Below, piece by piece: positions 46,101 through 59,412 of a stretch of 64,000 nt of DNA. Origin of the DNA: Schizochytrium sp. TIO01 (taxonomy: Eukaryota; Protista; Bigyra: Labyrinthulomycetes); NCBI GenBank assembly GCA_004764695.1, contig SMSO01000036.1:62001-126000 (forward strand), in the 5' to 3' direction. The position numbers and the translations under genes were made by a program. Below the pieces are notes generated by a model. The model made no database searches. It saw nothing but the letters and a program-made list of their open reading frames with translations, and had not been told where the DNA came from. Every line of letters begins with the position of its first letter. Position 1 is the first letter of the stretch.

Positions 46101-49100
46101 TTGTTGCAGAGATTGGCTTATTAGACATCATGGCACCTTTCTTCGATCAAACTTAAAGATCCAAGGAGGTTCTCTGATTGTTGTTCTTTCCTGACTGATG
46201 TGACATGCATTTGCAACTTAAATGAATGCCTTGGATGTCTTTAACAACTCGGTGGGTGCATTGTAGTAGGTACGATATAGTTTTTGATCACTCTCTTATC
46301 AGATAGTAGAACTTGAAGGGAAAACCAGAAGAAGTTCCTGTTGTACTAGGAGTGACTGCTGTTGGGTTAGAATGGCGTAGCAACGAATGCAAGATTTGAG
46401 AGCGCGAAAGGCATGCATAACTAAAGCTTACCCCATCTCCTTACAAAGAGAGAATATTGTAAAGCTGAAACGGATAAAAGGTGTAGCCCATATGATCGTG
46501 GAAGAGATATTAAACATTATAAAGACCTGTACAGGCTTGCTATTCTTGACTAAAACCAACGGTAGTCGAGGATGGAGTGGGCTAGATGTGCCTCCTCCCA
46601 GGGAGGGCTGCCTCACTGCATGCATTCCATAATTACTGATTTTTTGAGCAATAATTGATGGAGAGTTGTATGTCGAAAAAGCTTGTTGACATTCCTGTGA
46701 GGTTCTGGTCCCAATCAGCGCTTGGAAACTCTTCAATAGGACAAGATCCAAAAACTAAAATTGCGTGTTTGAAATTCTAAAAGCAACAGAAGTGACAAGC
46801 ATAAAAATTCATTTATAAAGTTCTCATAGCATGCTGATGCTGGTCTTGAGCATCTGGGAGAAAAAGGGAGTTCTAGAGTGTAATAAACTCCTTGCTAGGG
46901 CGAGTCAGTCCTTTGTTTTTAATAACTTGGAGGCTATGTTATTTGGATAGTTGCGATAGAGAATCAATGTCGGGCAGATTACAGTGCTCGTTTCAATCAT
47001 TTTGCAGCCTCGGCAATATTTTTCATCGGCAACTGAAGAAGAACTACTATTCATGGATTTGGCAGAGAATAGAAACATACGTGCTGAGGCTACATTTTGT
47101 GGTGTGGAGATTACTTTTACTTTCAAAGTGCTTGGACCTGGCTAATGTTTATGAAGCCAGGAAAAGTAACGAGTTATTGCAATTCAGGCACCAACCCTTC
47201 TTATAGACTATGCATTCTGGGTGAGAGAACATCGTGCCATCAGGGAGGAGCAAATTTCGGAATGCTTGTAGGCTAAGTCTATGCTCGAGTGCAGATACTG
47301 CGACGATTCAGAAATGAACGCCCATTAAACTTGTTCCCCTGCATGCTCCACGATGGCGGTGGAAAACATAAAAAGAAATCAATGTGTGTGCTTTGAGTAT
47401 TACCACCGTTGCTGCCGCCTCGATCGTGTCCTAGGTTCACAATTAAAATAATGGAACTGACATTCTGGCAACTTTAGTCGAGGACTTTAAAAATAAAGTG
47501 TAGAATTCAAAACAGAAAGGAGGACATTTTCAGACGAGGTAAGGCTTTTGGGGTCGGCGTAGCTGCTCAGATTCAATCAAATGCCATTTTTATAGCTCAG
47601 ATGATTTGTTCATTCGTTGTTTAGTTCATCAGAAGTATATTGTAGACTCTATTATTTTTGCGCCGAGCAACTTGCAGTAAAAAATATAAAAAGATTGGCA
47701 TGGTGCACACCTTCACACTTTTGTCTGCTTTTGTTTTTTTCAAAACAAAGGTTTGCTTTGAGTGATTTTCAGTTTGGACTGAAACTTGAACAACGGACTT
47801 CAGAGTTGCAAAGCAACGGAGGTTTTGTAGGCACTGGACAGGATGCGGAGAAGAATTAAAGGTTCAGCTGTCCTGTTTTGCTGATTACGCTGCTGCTGAT
47901 GCGTCTTTGCAGAACCAAACTTGCTCTGAAAGCTGAGAATATTTGGTTATTTTTCTCATCTTCTTCATATATCCCGGTTATTTGAAAGCGTATAGTTATT
48001 CTTTCTTATTTTTGTTCTCTAAATTTTCCCCGTAGAATAGATAATTACGAAATTACAATTTTCCGAATAGAACTGCGAAATCTTTAATGCTATATTTTAT
48101 TTAAAAAAAAAAAATAACTGTGAGGGAAAATATTACATTTGTTCCACTTGCCTTTCCAGTTTATGTCAATGATGGGACCGACGATTACTTTGAGCCGCTC
48201 CACGTCCCACATCACAAGCACATACTAACGCTCTTCAACTCATGATGTCAAAACTATACCCGCAAGCTCGGCCACTCGGTATGTCTACTGACTTTACAGA
48301 CTGAGCTCCATTGTCAGATATCGCAAATAATAACAACCTTCATTCGATGGGTGTTCAAGAGTTATTCTGAAATGTTACATGTTACTTTCTATAATAGAGA
48401 TCTCATTATTTAATAAAAGTTATACTATGTCATATATAATAGGTATTACCATAAAACACTTCTTAAGAATAAAAACTTTCCTCATTTTGTTTTAAAACTA
48501 AGATTATTATTACGATATGAATACTAATATAGAAAAATAAAATAAAAAATAAGATGACAGTAGAAGCGTCTTTAAAAGAAGAGTGCTTAGCTAGTTAGTT
48601 GCCCGTGCCCAGCTTCTTCTTGACGCGGGAGGAGGCCACATTGCCGCACTTCGCACCGCTGCCGCTGAGCCGGGCAGGCGCGCAGGCTGCTCGCTAGAGG
48701 CGGGCGTGTCTAGCTTATTACCTTCTTTAGAGCCTGTTTTTCAGCCTGCCAGTCTGGGGTCTTGAACTCTCCGTCGCCGGTCGTCTAAATTTTTGCATTG
48801 CTGATGATGGTTTCGCATTCTCATCTTTTCTTTGAACTAATTATCTAATCTTCTTTGTCGTCAGCGTTGTTGCCAGCAACAACCTTGCGGTCTTGAACGT
48901 TGTTGTTTCTCTTGTGATTCTCAGGTACCTCGAAGGGAGTACTCGGAGAGACCTCGGCGCAGGAGGATAAGGCAAGGGAACTTGAAAAGAAAGAGGAAGG
49001 CGATAACACTAGTGTTCTTATACTAGCATTGGAAATGAAAATAAGCGCACGTGAATTATGTTGAAAGGCCCTGGCACGTGAATTCAAGAAAGGACCAAAC

Positions 49101-52100
49101 CTTCAAGTTTTATTGGGGGGGAATGCGCTTGGTTGCTTGGTTGCTTGGATGGGGTACTTGATTAACTATTACTTTTCAGAACTGGTTGCGAGGAATTGTA
49201 CAGAACTGGGCATGCTGCTATGTTGCTATGATGGAATGAGGGAAGTGGCAAGGCTACGGCTGCTCGGAGACCATGGCACACCTGGGCTCGTGCCGGGAAG
49301 GCTTTCAAAAAGGAGAGACTGGTGGTACTCACCCGCACGGAGCTTCGAGCAGTCAGTCAGCGGACATGTAGGCAGTCAGCGGGCATGGAAGCAGTTAGCA
49401 TGACTATCGCCCTAGCGCGTTGTCTTCTATCTTCGCAGGATGGGCTAGAATATATAAGTCATGATTCGATCATTTGCCCGTCAGGGTTCTCTGAAAAGCA
49501 AGATATAAGGGTATAGTAATGAAGCACTATCTTTCGGTTCTGAATAAGTCGCGGGGCTTCTTTATTCATAGGCGGTATGGCCACGGCCTACAAAGCTTAG
49601 CCCATGTTTGTGTCACAAGCAAGCTCTGGCGTATTGCATTCTTAATTTTCTATGCAACCAATTTTTTCTCTGGTTCGAAGATGCTGAGGTTAACTCTTCT
49701 CAATTATCCTTTTGCTAAGTTCAAAACTTATCGTTATTAATGAATTAAAACTACCTTTTAAATTAAAAACGTTTTTAATCCCATGAAAATAAATGAATAA
49801 ATGAAAATAAAAAGTCCAGAAGAACCAAGAAATTCACTAACCTCGAGCTTATAAATGGCTGAAACTACTAACATGACTATCTCAACCACGTGATAACGAC
49901 AGTCTACTTTGTAGCCTGTGCCTTGTTTTATCTGGTGCGTTTGAATTCGGAGCAATCTCGACGAGTCTCTACCTTCTGAACTTACCTGCTTCCTTATGAA
50001 TTATATTTACAACTTTTATGATTAATGAATCAAAAGATTTAATTTAAACAGACGAAAAGTTTTCAGATCGTGATTCAATTTATTATTTATGAAGTGCGTA
50101 TTTTGAATTCTTGAGATAATTTTGAATTCTTCGAGCAGCACGTGCACAGAGTGTATGATAATCGCAGCACGTGAAAATCGCAATCATATCGTTTCACAGC
50201 AAAAATTCTTCAACTTCGTGCTCAAACTATAAAAGCCACCTACCATGTAATATACATCAGGTTTTCACGAAGAGATGTTCATCATTCTGGCTTGGTAGGC
50301 AAGAACTATGCTTCAATTTCTCATGATGAGTTCTCCTGCCTGGCCGATCTGTCTTTAAGAGTTCACCGTCTGTTTCTTTGAAATGACTCTTTCTGAATGA
50401 CTTGCGCCCTCCTCCCAAGCGCAACTCCTGACGATATCCAGATAGGCGTTAAGAGGGCTCGCGCCATGTCAAGATCGCCGCTCGCCGCCCACCGCCGCTC
50501 ATTCGTGTCCCCTTCTTGGCTGCACTTGCCAGCAAGAGCTCAGGTAAACGCCAAGGTCTCGCTCACGCTCATGTCGCTCATGTCGCTGCTCTCCTTCGTG
50601 AGCGCCTCTAGCTAGTTGACGGCAGACTGGCTGACTTTAATCAAAGTCCTTCTAGGTACTGCTACTAATCATGGCTTGGCATCGTTCCTGTACGTTCATT
50701 GCTGTTGATTTGCATGTCCAAGCAAAGTTGACAAAGAGCAAGTGCGAGGGGTACTTGCTAGGTGAACTTTATTTGGTCTTAGAAGGTCTCCACGGTGAGG
50801 GAGGAGCCTGAGGAGGAGGAGGCCAGGGAGCGCTTCCAGACCTTCTGCGCCCGTCTCTCTCGCGGGAACTTTGAACAAACGAGACGTAGGTACGTACCTA
50901 CTGATTTGGATCGATTTTCGAACGAGCTTTGTCTCGAAGTCCATTCAGTTGTCGATGATTTTAATGAAAAAGTCACTCGAAGAATCATCGATTGCGGCTG
51001 GTAACCTGCTTCACTTAATAACTATGATCAACCTTCAATAATTATCACATCGTACGGAGGCTGTGAAGATGTTAAGTTCAAGGTTGATGAAGAGTTTATA
51101 GCGAGAGAAACTGACAAATGCCGATGTCCTTTGGCGCTGTGGTCTTCTTGCTTGACGAACGTATAGAAATATACCTTGAATTTTGGAAATAATCTTTGTC
51201 TTACATCTTTGATACCTACCTACCTACCTACCTACCTATCCTACTGCAATGGTGGAATATGAAATATATATGTATATTAAAATAAAAATTAAAATTGTTT
51301 ATCATTAAAAAATAGTAGAAAGCTTATGAAACTAAGTTTTAGTGGTTTATAAATTTTCGGAGATCAGCCTGAGCAAATAGAGAGAATCAGGAAGAGCAAA
51401 GGTTTCGAGGAACGAGAGACCTGCTCGCAGACTGCCGCCCTTGTTCCATCGCCACCCTGCCGCAGGTTTCGTCAGCTCGCTATGGCTGTCGCCGCCACCA
51501 CGGCTCCCGCGAGACGATCAAGGTCCGCCCTGGGAATCTAAAAGGTCCGCTGTCGCCGCGCCACTGCCGTACTGACCCGAAGTTGTCGGAGATCGCTCGC
51601 TGCTGTCGATGTACTCCGAGCGATGGTTTTCGCGACACACTCACTCACGCTTAGCATACTCGAGGTTTGTGGCACAAGGTACGGGCACAGTCGTGCAGAG
51701 TGATCTCGAACCAGCGTGGCCTGTGATGGTCTGCTGAAGATTACATGGCAATGGGCGGCTGCGCGAAGAAGAAGCTGGTCGCGATCTCCGAGCAGCTGTG
51801 CCTCCTCCCACGAGAGGCGGTTCTCTTCCCTCTTCAAATGTTAGTGCTGGTGCACATACAAGAGAAGAACAAAAAGGCATCAAGAAATAACAGTACGTAG
51901 ATGGAGAGTAGTAAAAAAAACAAAACAATCAAAAACAAACCCGGTAAACCAGCTGGCCAGACAATGTTAACTTAACAACAGCAACGAAAGAATGTCCGAG
52001 GCGAGGCAGGAAGAACCCGAAAGGAAGGCCTTGATAAGAAGCCTGAGGGATAATCAGCAAGGGGGAGACATTGCCTATAATAATGCACGGTAGGTAATAC

Positions 52101-54996
52101 AACAGTGGCAAAATGGAATTATATATGGTAATTTCTTGTTTAGGGCGGCGATATTTTCCAAGAATTACAAATTGAAAAGAGTACTAACTTTTAAAAGATT
52201 TACTGAGAAGGTTTTAAAAATAAGTTTCTAACTTTACTTGTTAATTTTACTTGAAAAAGAAGAATGGAAAAACGGCGGGTCGAAGTAAAACATATCGTTG
52301 AATGAACTGCACTATTTTGCCAGTCGCGCAACGTGTTTGTGAGATGAGCATGTTGCAAAGACTTACTCGCATTCGCTTTGCATGGAATTGATAACTGTAT
52401 TGCAAAAGTTTTATTGACAGCAGCAGGAGGACTGTATCACGAAAAGGGCATGACTACTCATTATCACCGGCACCAATACATTCTGTGGAATTTCTCGCAG
52501 ACCGTGACAGCCGCAGTGAAGGGATTGCTGCTTTTGAAGAACATTATGTTTTCTTCGTATTTTAATAAAAATACCAAAAAAGAACTCCTTTCGAGCAAAG
52601 CGTGCACGTGCTGTCATCAATGTGATCCCAACAACCGTGAATGCCAAAGAAGGCTAGAGATGAGCTCGAAGTAATTAGTAAATAAGTTAAAACAGTCTTC
52701 CCTATGCGTGCTAGCTAGTACCTAGTACTCATTGTCTTTATAGCAACAACAAAACAAAACATAGGGGCCTTCCACTATGCTCGATAAAGGTGGCGGAAGA
52801 TGTAAAAGGTAAATTAGGAATTTGAAAACTGCAACTACCTGTTTTTATCTCCAGTGCGCACCACGTTTCGTGTTGCAACAAAAAAAGGACAGGAGCCCTT
52901 TCAAGTTGCGACCCGCTCACCTGAAAGTTTAAATCAAAACAGCCCCAAAACTCCGGGCTAGAAGTGAGATGCTTCATCGCAAGGTCGGTAGGTAAATCGT
53001 TGTATCTTTTCCTCGAGAAAAACGAATGAATTGATGTTTCAAGGACTCATGTTGCAAGTCAGAACAAAACAACAATGTGAGGCGTACGATAGTTAGTTGC
53101 CTACTAGCGCTGACTGCATATCACAGTGGGGGCTTCCGATTATAATTCCATTAGATCTAATTCGCCTTCTTTTTGATTCACGACAACCAGATGGCAACTG
53201 TCAAAGTATCGCTTTATGGAAATTGTGTGACTTCCGCCGCCGCCAGCATGATCCTATTTATTAACTTGGAATAATGGTTATTATTAGTAGTATTTCTTTT
53301 AATCCAAGAAGAGGTAGTAAATAGTTCAAAGTAGCACTTTTCCAAATTCTAGAATGAAAATGAGATCTTCTTCTACCACCTTTGCAAACGTCGAAGCAAC
53401 AGTACAAAAAGAGAAGAAATCGTTGCCTACTACCTCGGCACCTAACCTGAGTAAGAGCAGCTTCGGAGCAGTTTTAAAAAATACAAATTATTAGGCATTG
53501 TTTCTTTTTCAGTTAAAAATGTGTTTACTGCGCAATAGGTAGTAGGCCTGTGATTTAGATTCATATGGGATAGAGCAGTTGGTTCAATTGAGGTAGGTAG
53601 CGATTCTCCCGTCTCAATAGCGAGGGCCTAAAGGCGATCTCAATCATGAAACGAAACTAAGTTTGCCCGCAAGAGAAGTAGTTCAAATTTACAAGAAGAA
53701 AAATGAAACCTACTTTTCAAAATATTTTATTCTTTTATAGTTTTTTTTTCACTTTAAAAGAAAAGAAAAAAAGCGTAAATATTTCGTATGTTATGAAAGA
53801 AAATCTCTCAATACGCTACATTAGGCATTTAAACTCATGCACTAGCATGGTAAGCAGTTGCTTGACTTAAACAGCCGTGCGTAATCTGCTCGACTTTAGC
53901 CAGGAATATCAAATGACACAGACCTCAACGCCTGAATTTCGGTTGCCCGCTCAGCTTCGTCAGAGGGTTCTGAGAAGGAGGATCCCACTTCCCGCCTGAA
54001 CACGTTCTTTGCACTAGAAGAAATATTATCCCTGCCTACGGACATATAAGAAGAAGAAAAAAGGTAATTTATTCACAAAAAAAATAGCAATGCTAAAGTA
54101 TATGGTATTCACTCTTCCAGGAAACAATACACTTTTTTTTATTTTTAAAATAAATAAAATTAAAAAGTATTAAATATAAAACTTCGAATAATGAGATGCC
54201 CTTTTCGCACCCGTAGTACATTTCTGATGGGACCTTCTCCCAGGCTGTGCAGCAACAAAATTAATCCATGGTATCTATCAGAATCTCGAGAAACGCAGCA
54301 CGTATACGTCTTCTTCCCTAGGGTCACGCAAAGCATACTTTCTCTTGCCGATGATTGCGGTTCTGTAGTTCTCTCTTCCCCCTCTGGTTGTCTCCCCTTG
54401 CATCCTGTTCGTTATCTTGTAAATAAAAAGTAAATAAACATTTGGTACCTAAGCATTGTAGAAGGTGTCGAAGAAGAGACAAAAGAAGAAAGCGGAGCCT
54501 GAGGAGGAAAACCTCTTCTTCCCTGACTCCTCCTTGACGGCTGCCTCCTCCCACTTCTGCGTACAAGTCAGCTACTTGCGCTACGCAGTCATCTGCACTT
54601 CCTTTTTCAGTTGCTCTTGTTTCCCCTTGCAGGTGCCGTTCTTTGCGCTACCTAGTACCAAACCAAGTTCCTCTCAGCGCATTAATTAGTGTTCTTCATC
54701 TTTCATCCTTTGTTTCACTCTCATTCATTCATTTAAAAAAAGTAAATAATAAAAAAAAATCGTACTCTCTCACTTACCTGCAAGTGCTCTCCCGCCAAAA
54801 GAGAGATTTATTTATTTATTTACTGAATGAGCGAACAAGAGAGAGATAAAAAGTACAACCAATCCCCAAGCAGCCTTTCGCCACGCAGTCCTCTCGTGCG
54901 CCAGAGAGCAAGGTCGCTTCTCAGTCAGCATTTCGCCCCCCGTTCACCGCCATTGTGACCTCTTCAGCATCAATAACGACGCCACTAAGAGCACCA

Positions 54997-55015
54997 AAGA
55001 AACAAACAAACAAAC

Positions 55016-55046
<31 letters not shown>

Positions 55047-55048
55047 GA
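54997..55048. repeat. (AAAC)n/(AAAG)n microsatellite
   Basis: Read directly from the sequence. Confidence 0.9.
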
Positions 55049-55157
55049 GAGCGACTTGAAAACAAGAAAAAAGAATTCTTCCTTCTAATTTTGTTCCCCT
55101 TCTCTCAGGAAAGAGAAGAGGTCATTCTATCTCCCATCTACTAAAAGCACAATCATT

Positions 55158-55192
55158 ACATCTATACATCTATACATACATACATCTATACA

Positions 55193-55222
<30 letters not shown>
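55158..55222. repeat. (TACA)n microsatellite
   Basis: Read directly from the sequence. Confidence 0.9.
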
Positions 55223-55225
<3 letters not shown>

Positions 55226-55417
55226 GTGCGTCCGTCTTTAACACTTGAAGCGGCGGACCCGAAGTCGATCGAAAGCAAATCCCAAACGTAGAGTCGCAGC
55301 AGTCCCGCTCGCGACAAATCTCAAAGCTCTTGCTTTCAAGCGACACACGCGGTAAGTTATCAACCGGAGGCGATCCCTCTCGATCGCGCATCCATCACAA
55401 GCGGCCTCGAATCACAC

Positions 55418-55419
<2 letters not shown>

Positions 55420-55482
<63 letters not shown>

Positions 55483-55505
55483 GACACCACCAACAGCAGC
55501 AGCAC
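55420..55505. repeat. (CAG)n trinucleotide repeat, ~20 perfect units plus a degenerate tail
   Basis: Read directly from the sequence. Confidence 0.95.
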
Positions 55506-55726
55506 GAAAGAACCAGCGAGATTGAATTCATTCACGCGCATGGAGAGAGAACAAATAAACGACTAGGCAACGAGACCACGGAGTCTTGGCCAGGCTAGAA
55601 AGACGACTCCGGCTTGACTCCGCTCGGGTGGGCAGGGCAGGGCAGGGCAGGGCAGAGCAGCGCTCGCACGACTGCCGTGTGGCGGAGTCGCGCGATATCC
55701 TCGCGGAGAGATGGCTTTGGCTGCGC

Positions 55727-55800
55727 ATTTTTTGAATTTTCGAAATTTTCGAATTTTCGAAATTTCGAAATTTTCGAATTTTTTGAATTTTTCGAATTTC
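55727..55800. repeat. Tandem quasi-palindromic TTTTCGAA(A) repeat in a GC-rich promoter-like region
   Basis: About 8 copies of a 9-10 bp unit. Confidence 0.85.
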
Positions 55801-58257
55801 TCGCTGAGCTGTAAATCCTCTCCGCTCCAGCGCCCGCGGCACCTGCCCTTGCTTGGCCTCTCGCGCTGAGTTTCGCTTCAGGCCGGCGACCTCCTCTCCC
55901 ATTCTCCCGCTCCGCTCTCGCCTCCGGGCCCGCGCGCCCTCGACCTCGCGGCCAATTCTCGCTGCATCGCTCCGACTTACACGGGCGCAGAAGGCAGGCA
56001 CTACAGCGGTGTGTGTGTGTGTGTGTTTATGTGTTTATCCCTGGTCTCTTCTTTCTTTACCTTCTCGGCAGAGGCTTACCGACGCTCAGGCCGCGCGGCC
56101 AGAGAGACGCTCACCGCTCGAAGCCGTACGATCTCTCTGCCGCGGCCGCTCGTCTCCATCGATCGCCTGCGAGGCTCACTCGGCTCATGAGACTCCTTCG
56201 CTCGCAGCGTTGGCCTCCTTGGGCGCCTTGACATGCAAAGAACGAACGGCTAGAGAACAGAACAGCTGTTCTCCCGTACTAGAAGAACGGGAGAACGCCG
56301 GAACAGCCCGACTTCTCAGAGAGGTCCTAACCACGGTAAGGTCTTCTTACGCGACCCTCGACTCTCCGTCTGTGTCTCCTTCGCTCGAGGCCCCCAGAGG
56401 GGCTCTGTAGGAGGAGACTCCTATGTTGGGTCTACCGTAAGGGGTGCTATCATAGGACTAGCAAAAACACCGCAGTCAAGGAGAGAAAGGAGGGTGAAAC
56501 TCTGCACCCTATGAATGCACCGGACACGGTGTGGTGGACCCGCCTGTGACTATGGGTCTGGCTAAGGCGCAGTAGGGTTGGGTAGCGGCGAGCTAAGGTC
56601 GACCAGGAGTATGTGCAGACAATATAGGAACGGAGTAGTGATTCGTATACAGGGGCTGTCGAGTCAGTTTGGCACTCTACTGAGCAGGGCCTCGGTGACG
56701 TTCATTCATTTCGCTAGAAACTGCTGACAAATGGAGGCGTGGCATCATTCACATCTCCGCTGCACAAAGTACGCGCCCAGGTACGGCTCTCCTTTCCTCA
56801 TACGGGGCTTCGGAGTGCTCATACCTTCTGGCATCTTCGTGCTCGCTCACTCTGCTGTTGTAATATTGTGCAAGTACTTTCTTTGGTCGGTCTCTTAGAA
56901 GGAATCGCGGCTTACTTACCTCGTGGATTAATGAAGTACCTCCTCTCGCGTTGCTTTCCTTGAGGAGGAGGAGGACTTCACCGCCGGGGCGAGATGAAAC
57001 AAGGCAACAACGGCACTGTGCGACGCAGGTGTCGAGACGGTGGAGACCGCCAGCTGGCCGGCACACGTTCTCTCGCAGCAGCAAAGTATATGTATGAGGG
57101 TCGTCGGTTGTATCGTTGCTTTGTCTATACTTACCCCCTGGTATCGAGTGAGTCTTGACTGGATTGGGAACAGGTGAAAGGTAGATGGACACAAGTCCAT
57201 CCTGGGCATCGCGAGCGGTGCCGAGCACACGCTAAAGTTAACTCATCTTCAGCAAAATGATGGCGATGTCTAGAGCAATCAAAGCTTCCTCCTCCGCCTT
57301 CAAGGAAATGAATGCAGCATCTATTTCTTCAACGATGGTCTTCGTTTCCATTCCTCACGGTTCTCGCCTCGTCTCGCGGGTCCCGTGTCCCTTTTCTCCG
57401 TGCCACCCTTTTCTTTCTCTTTCTTTTTTCACTTCCTTATCATAATAAGCCCATTGATCAATGGATTAATGAGTGAGTGACAGAGTGATTGATTGATTGA
57501 TTCAAGATTAATGAATACGTGGTGTGTCCTGAGCCTCTCTCTTCCGGTCTCTCGGAGATCTTTGCTGTTGTAATAAGTTCTTCTTCCTCATCTCCGCTCC
57601 ACGTGTCACTCACTCCTTCTGGGCCGTGTTCTTCTCCTGCTGTAGATAGTCTGCCTCACAACGCTCAGAAAGCAGGCTCTCGCTGGCTCCCGAGACTCTA
57701 CTCTGCTCGATTCGATTCCTTTCGCTGCTGCTCCACGCCTCAATTCTACCTTCGTGATTCCACCTTCGTGATCGACTGAAGCGCTCGGTCCACTTTGATT
57801 CTTGAAGAACAATCTGACTAACTTTCCTTTGCCCCTTATTGTAACCCGTATGAAACCTTCCCACGCACGCATGACTCATGCTTGATAACCTCTACCCACC
57901 GAATTATTCCCTTTATTCCCCCATTTATCCTGCCTATGTTTCTGCGCATTTTACGACACTATTTTCACTACGGGGTCACTAATGTACTTCTACCAGCAGC
58001 CTCCAGCCCTCTTCTTCCCTTCCCCTTCTTTCCTTTCTTTTCCGGAACAGGCATCCCGCGGAGGGTAAGGTACTCGAGCGAGCCAGCAGCGCTCGCTCCC
58101 AGGCACGATTTCTGTCCGCAGCTTCCTCTCGAACGCCGCGCATTGGCGCCGGCACCTGAGCTTGCGCCGTGAGCGAGAACGCAAAGCGCAGGTGACGGAA
58201 TCTCGCTCCCGTTCATCCGCGCAGTCCGCGTCTGCCTCGAGCTCTGGCAGTGCTGAG

Positions 58258-59412
58258 ATGGGCGCTGATGTCGTTGACCAGGCCATCCGTGGCGCCCAAG
58301 CCGCCGTGCCCGGATGGGCTGCCTTGCCTCAAGATGGCTTTGACTCTGAGGTTGTTACCGGTGGCTTGACCAACCGCCTCATGCTCATCACCATCAGCAG
58401 TGATACTGAGGTGCCTGAGGAGGCTCTCGTCGCCGCATCCGAGGCTGAGGCTACCGGTGGCATTGACGGCGACGGCGACGGCTTCTCAACCATGGCTTTG
58501 ATACGTATCTTCGGTGAGGGTACCGACGACTTCATCGACCGTGCTGTTGAAATGGAGGTCTGCGATGTCGTTGCTGAGGCTGGTATTGCTCCCCGTGTGC
58601 TTGGCCACTTTTATGGAGGCCGTGCGGAAGAGTTCATCACGAATGCCCACTCGCTCGTTAACAAGGAGTTGCACCAGGATGACATTCTGGCCGCCACTGC
58701 CAGCCTCATGGCCCAGATGCACTCTATTCATATCTCTGAGCAGTCTGCAGAGATCCTCGTGCCGGAGCCCACAACCCCGCAGATTCTAGCCAAGCTCTAC
58801 GCGGCTGCGAAGGAAACATCCTTCGACCCTGCGACCCACCCCTATAAAGCAGCGAAGCTTGCCTGCTTTGAAGTCGATAAGCTTGCAGATGAGGTCCGCT
58901 GGCTTGAGGATCAAATGGCTGCTTCGGGCATGGGCGTGGTGCTCTGCCACAGAGACTTGCAGTCAGGCAACGTCATGATCCGTCAGAATGAGGATGGAGA
59001 GCTCGAGCGGGCTTACCTCATTGACTTCGAGTACGGTGGCATGGACTACTGCGGTTTCGACTTTGGCAACACCTTCAACGAGATGTCAATCAACAACTTT
59101 AGCACCAAGTTTCCGGGCTTCAACTTGGACGTCGATATGTACCCGACGCCAGAGCAGCAGCACCTCTTCTTTGAGAGCTACCTCGACTCCTTCCCTGACC
59201 CGGAGAGGCTCTTCGCGGATGGCGATGTACCAGACACCCGCGAGGGCATGATCGAGCGCCTTATTGAGTTTGCTCGTATTGGAACTCTTGCATCACACCT
59301 GCAGTGGATTTTGTGGGGTATTGCACAGGCTGGCGCCTCCACTATCGAGTTTGGACACCTTGAGTACTCGATGTGTCGCTACGACCAATACCGTGTCCTT
59401 CGCGGACTCTAA
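58258..59412 (+). CDS. Choline/ethanolamine kinase
   Basis: GGLTNRL, LIRIFG, Brenner motif CHRDLQSGNVM, LIDFEYG...FDFGNTFNE, YPTPEQQ and SHLQWILWG. First ATG at 58258; upstream exons are possible. Confidence 0.93.
   Translation: MGADVVDQAIRGAQAAVPGWAALPQDGFDSEVVTGGLTNRLMLITISSDTEVPEEALVAASEAEATGGIDGDGDGFSTMALIRIFGEGTDDFIDRAVEMEVCDVVAEAGIAPRVLGHFYGGRAEEFITNAHSLVNKELHQDDILAATASLMAQMHSIHISEQSAEILVPEPTTPQILAKLYAAAKETSFDPATHPYKAAKLACFEVDKLADEVRWLEDQMAASGMGVVLCHRDLQSGNVMIRQNEDGELERAYLIDFEYGGMDYCGFDFGNTFNEMSINNFSTKFPGFNLDVDMYPTPEQQHLFFESYLDSFPDPERLFADGDVPDTREGMIERLIEFARIGTLASHLQWILWGIAQAGASTIEFGHLEYSMCRYDQYRVLRGL

Noticed and set aside
55330-56410. Poly-Ser and Arg-rich ORFs
   Set aside because: Products of microsatellites and GC-rich low-complexity DNA.
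56310-56465. RNase P/MRP RNA
   Set aside because: GGTCCTA/TAGGACT is reminiscent of P4, but the CR-I and CR-V consensus residues and a P1 helix could not be found.
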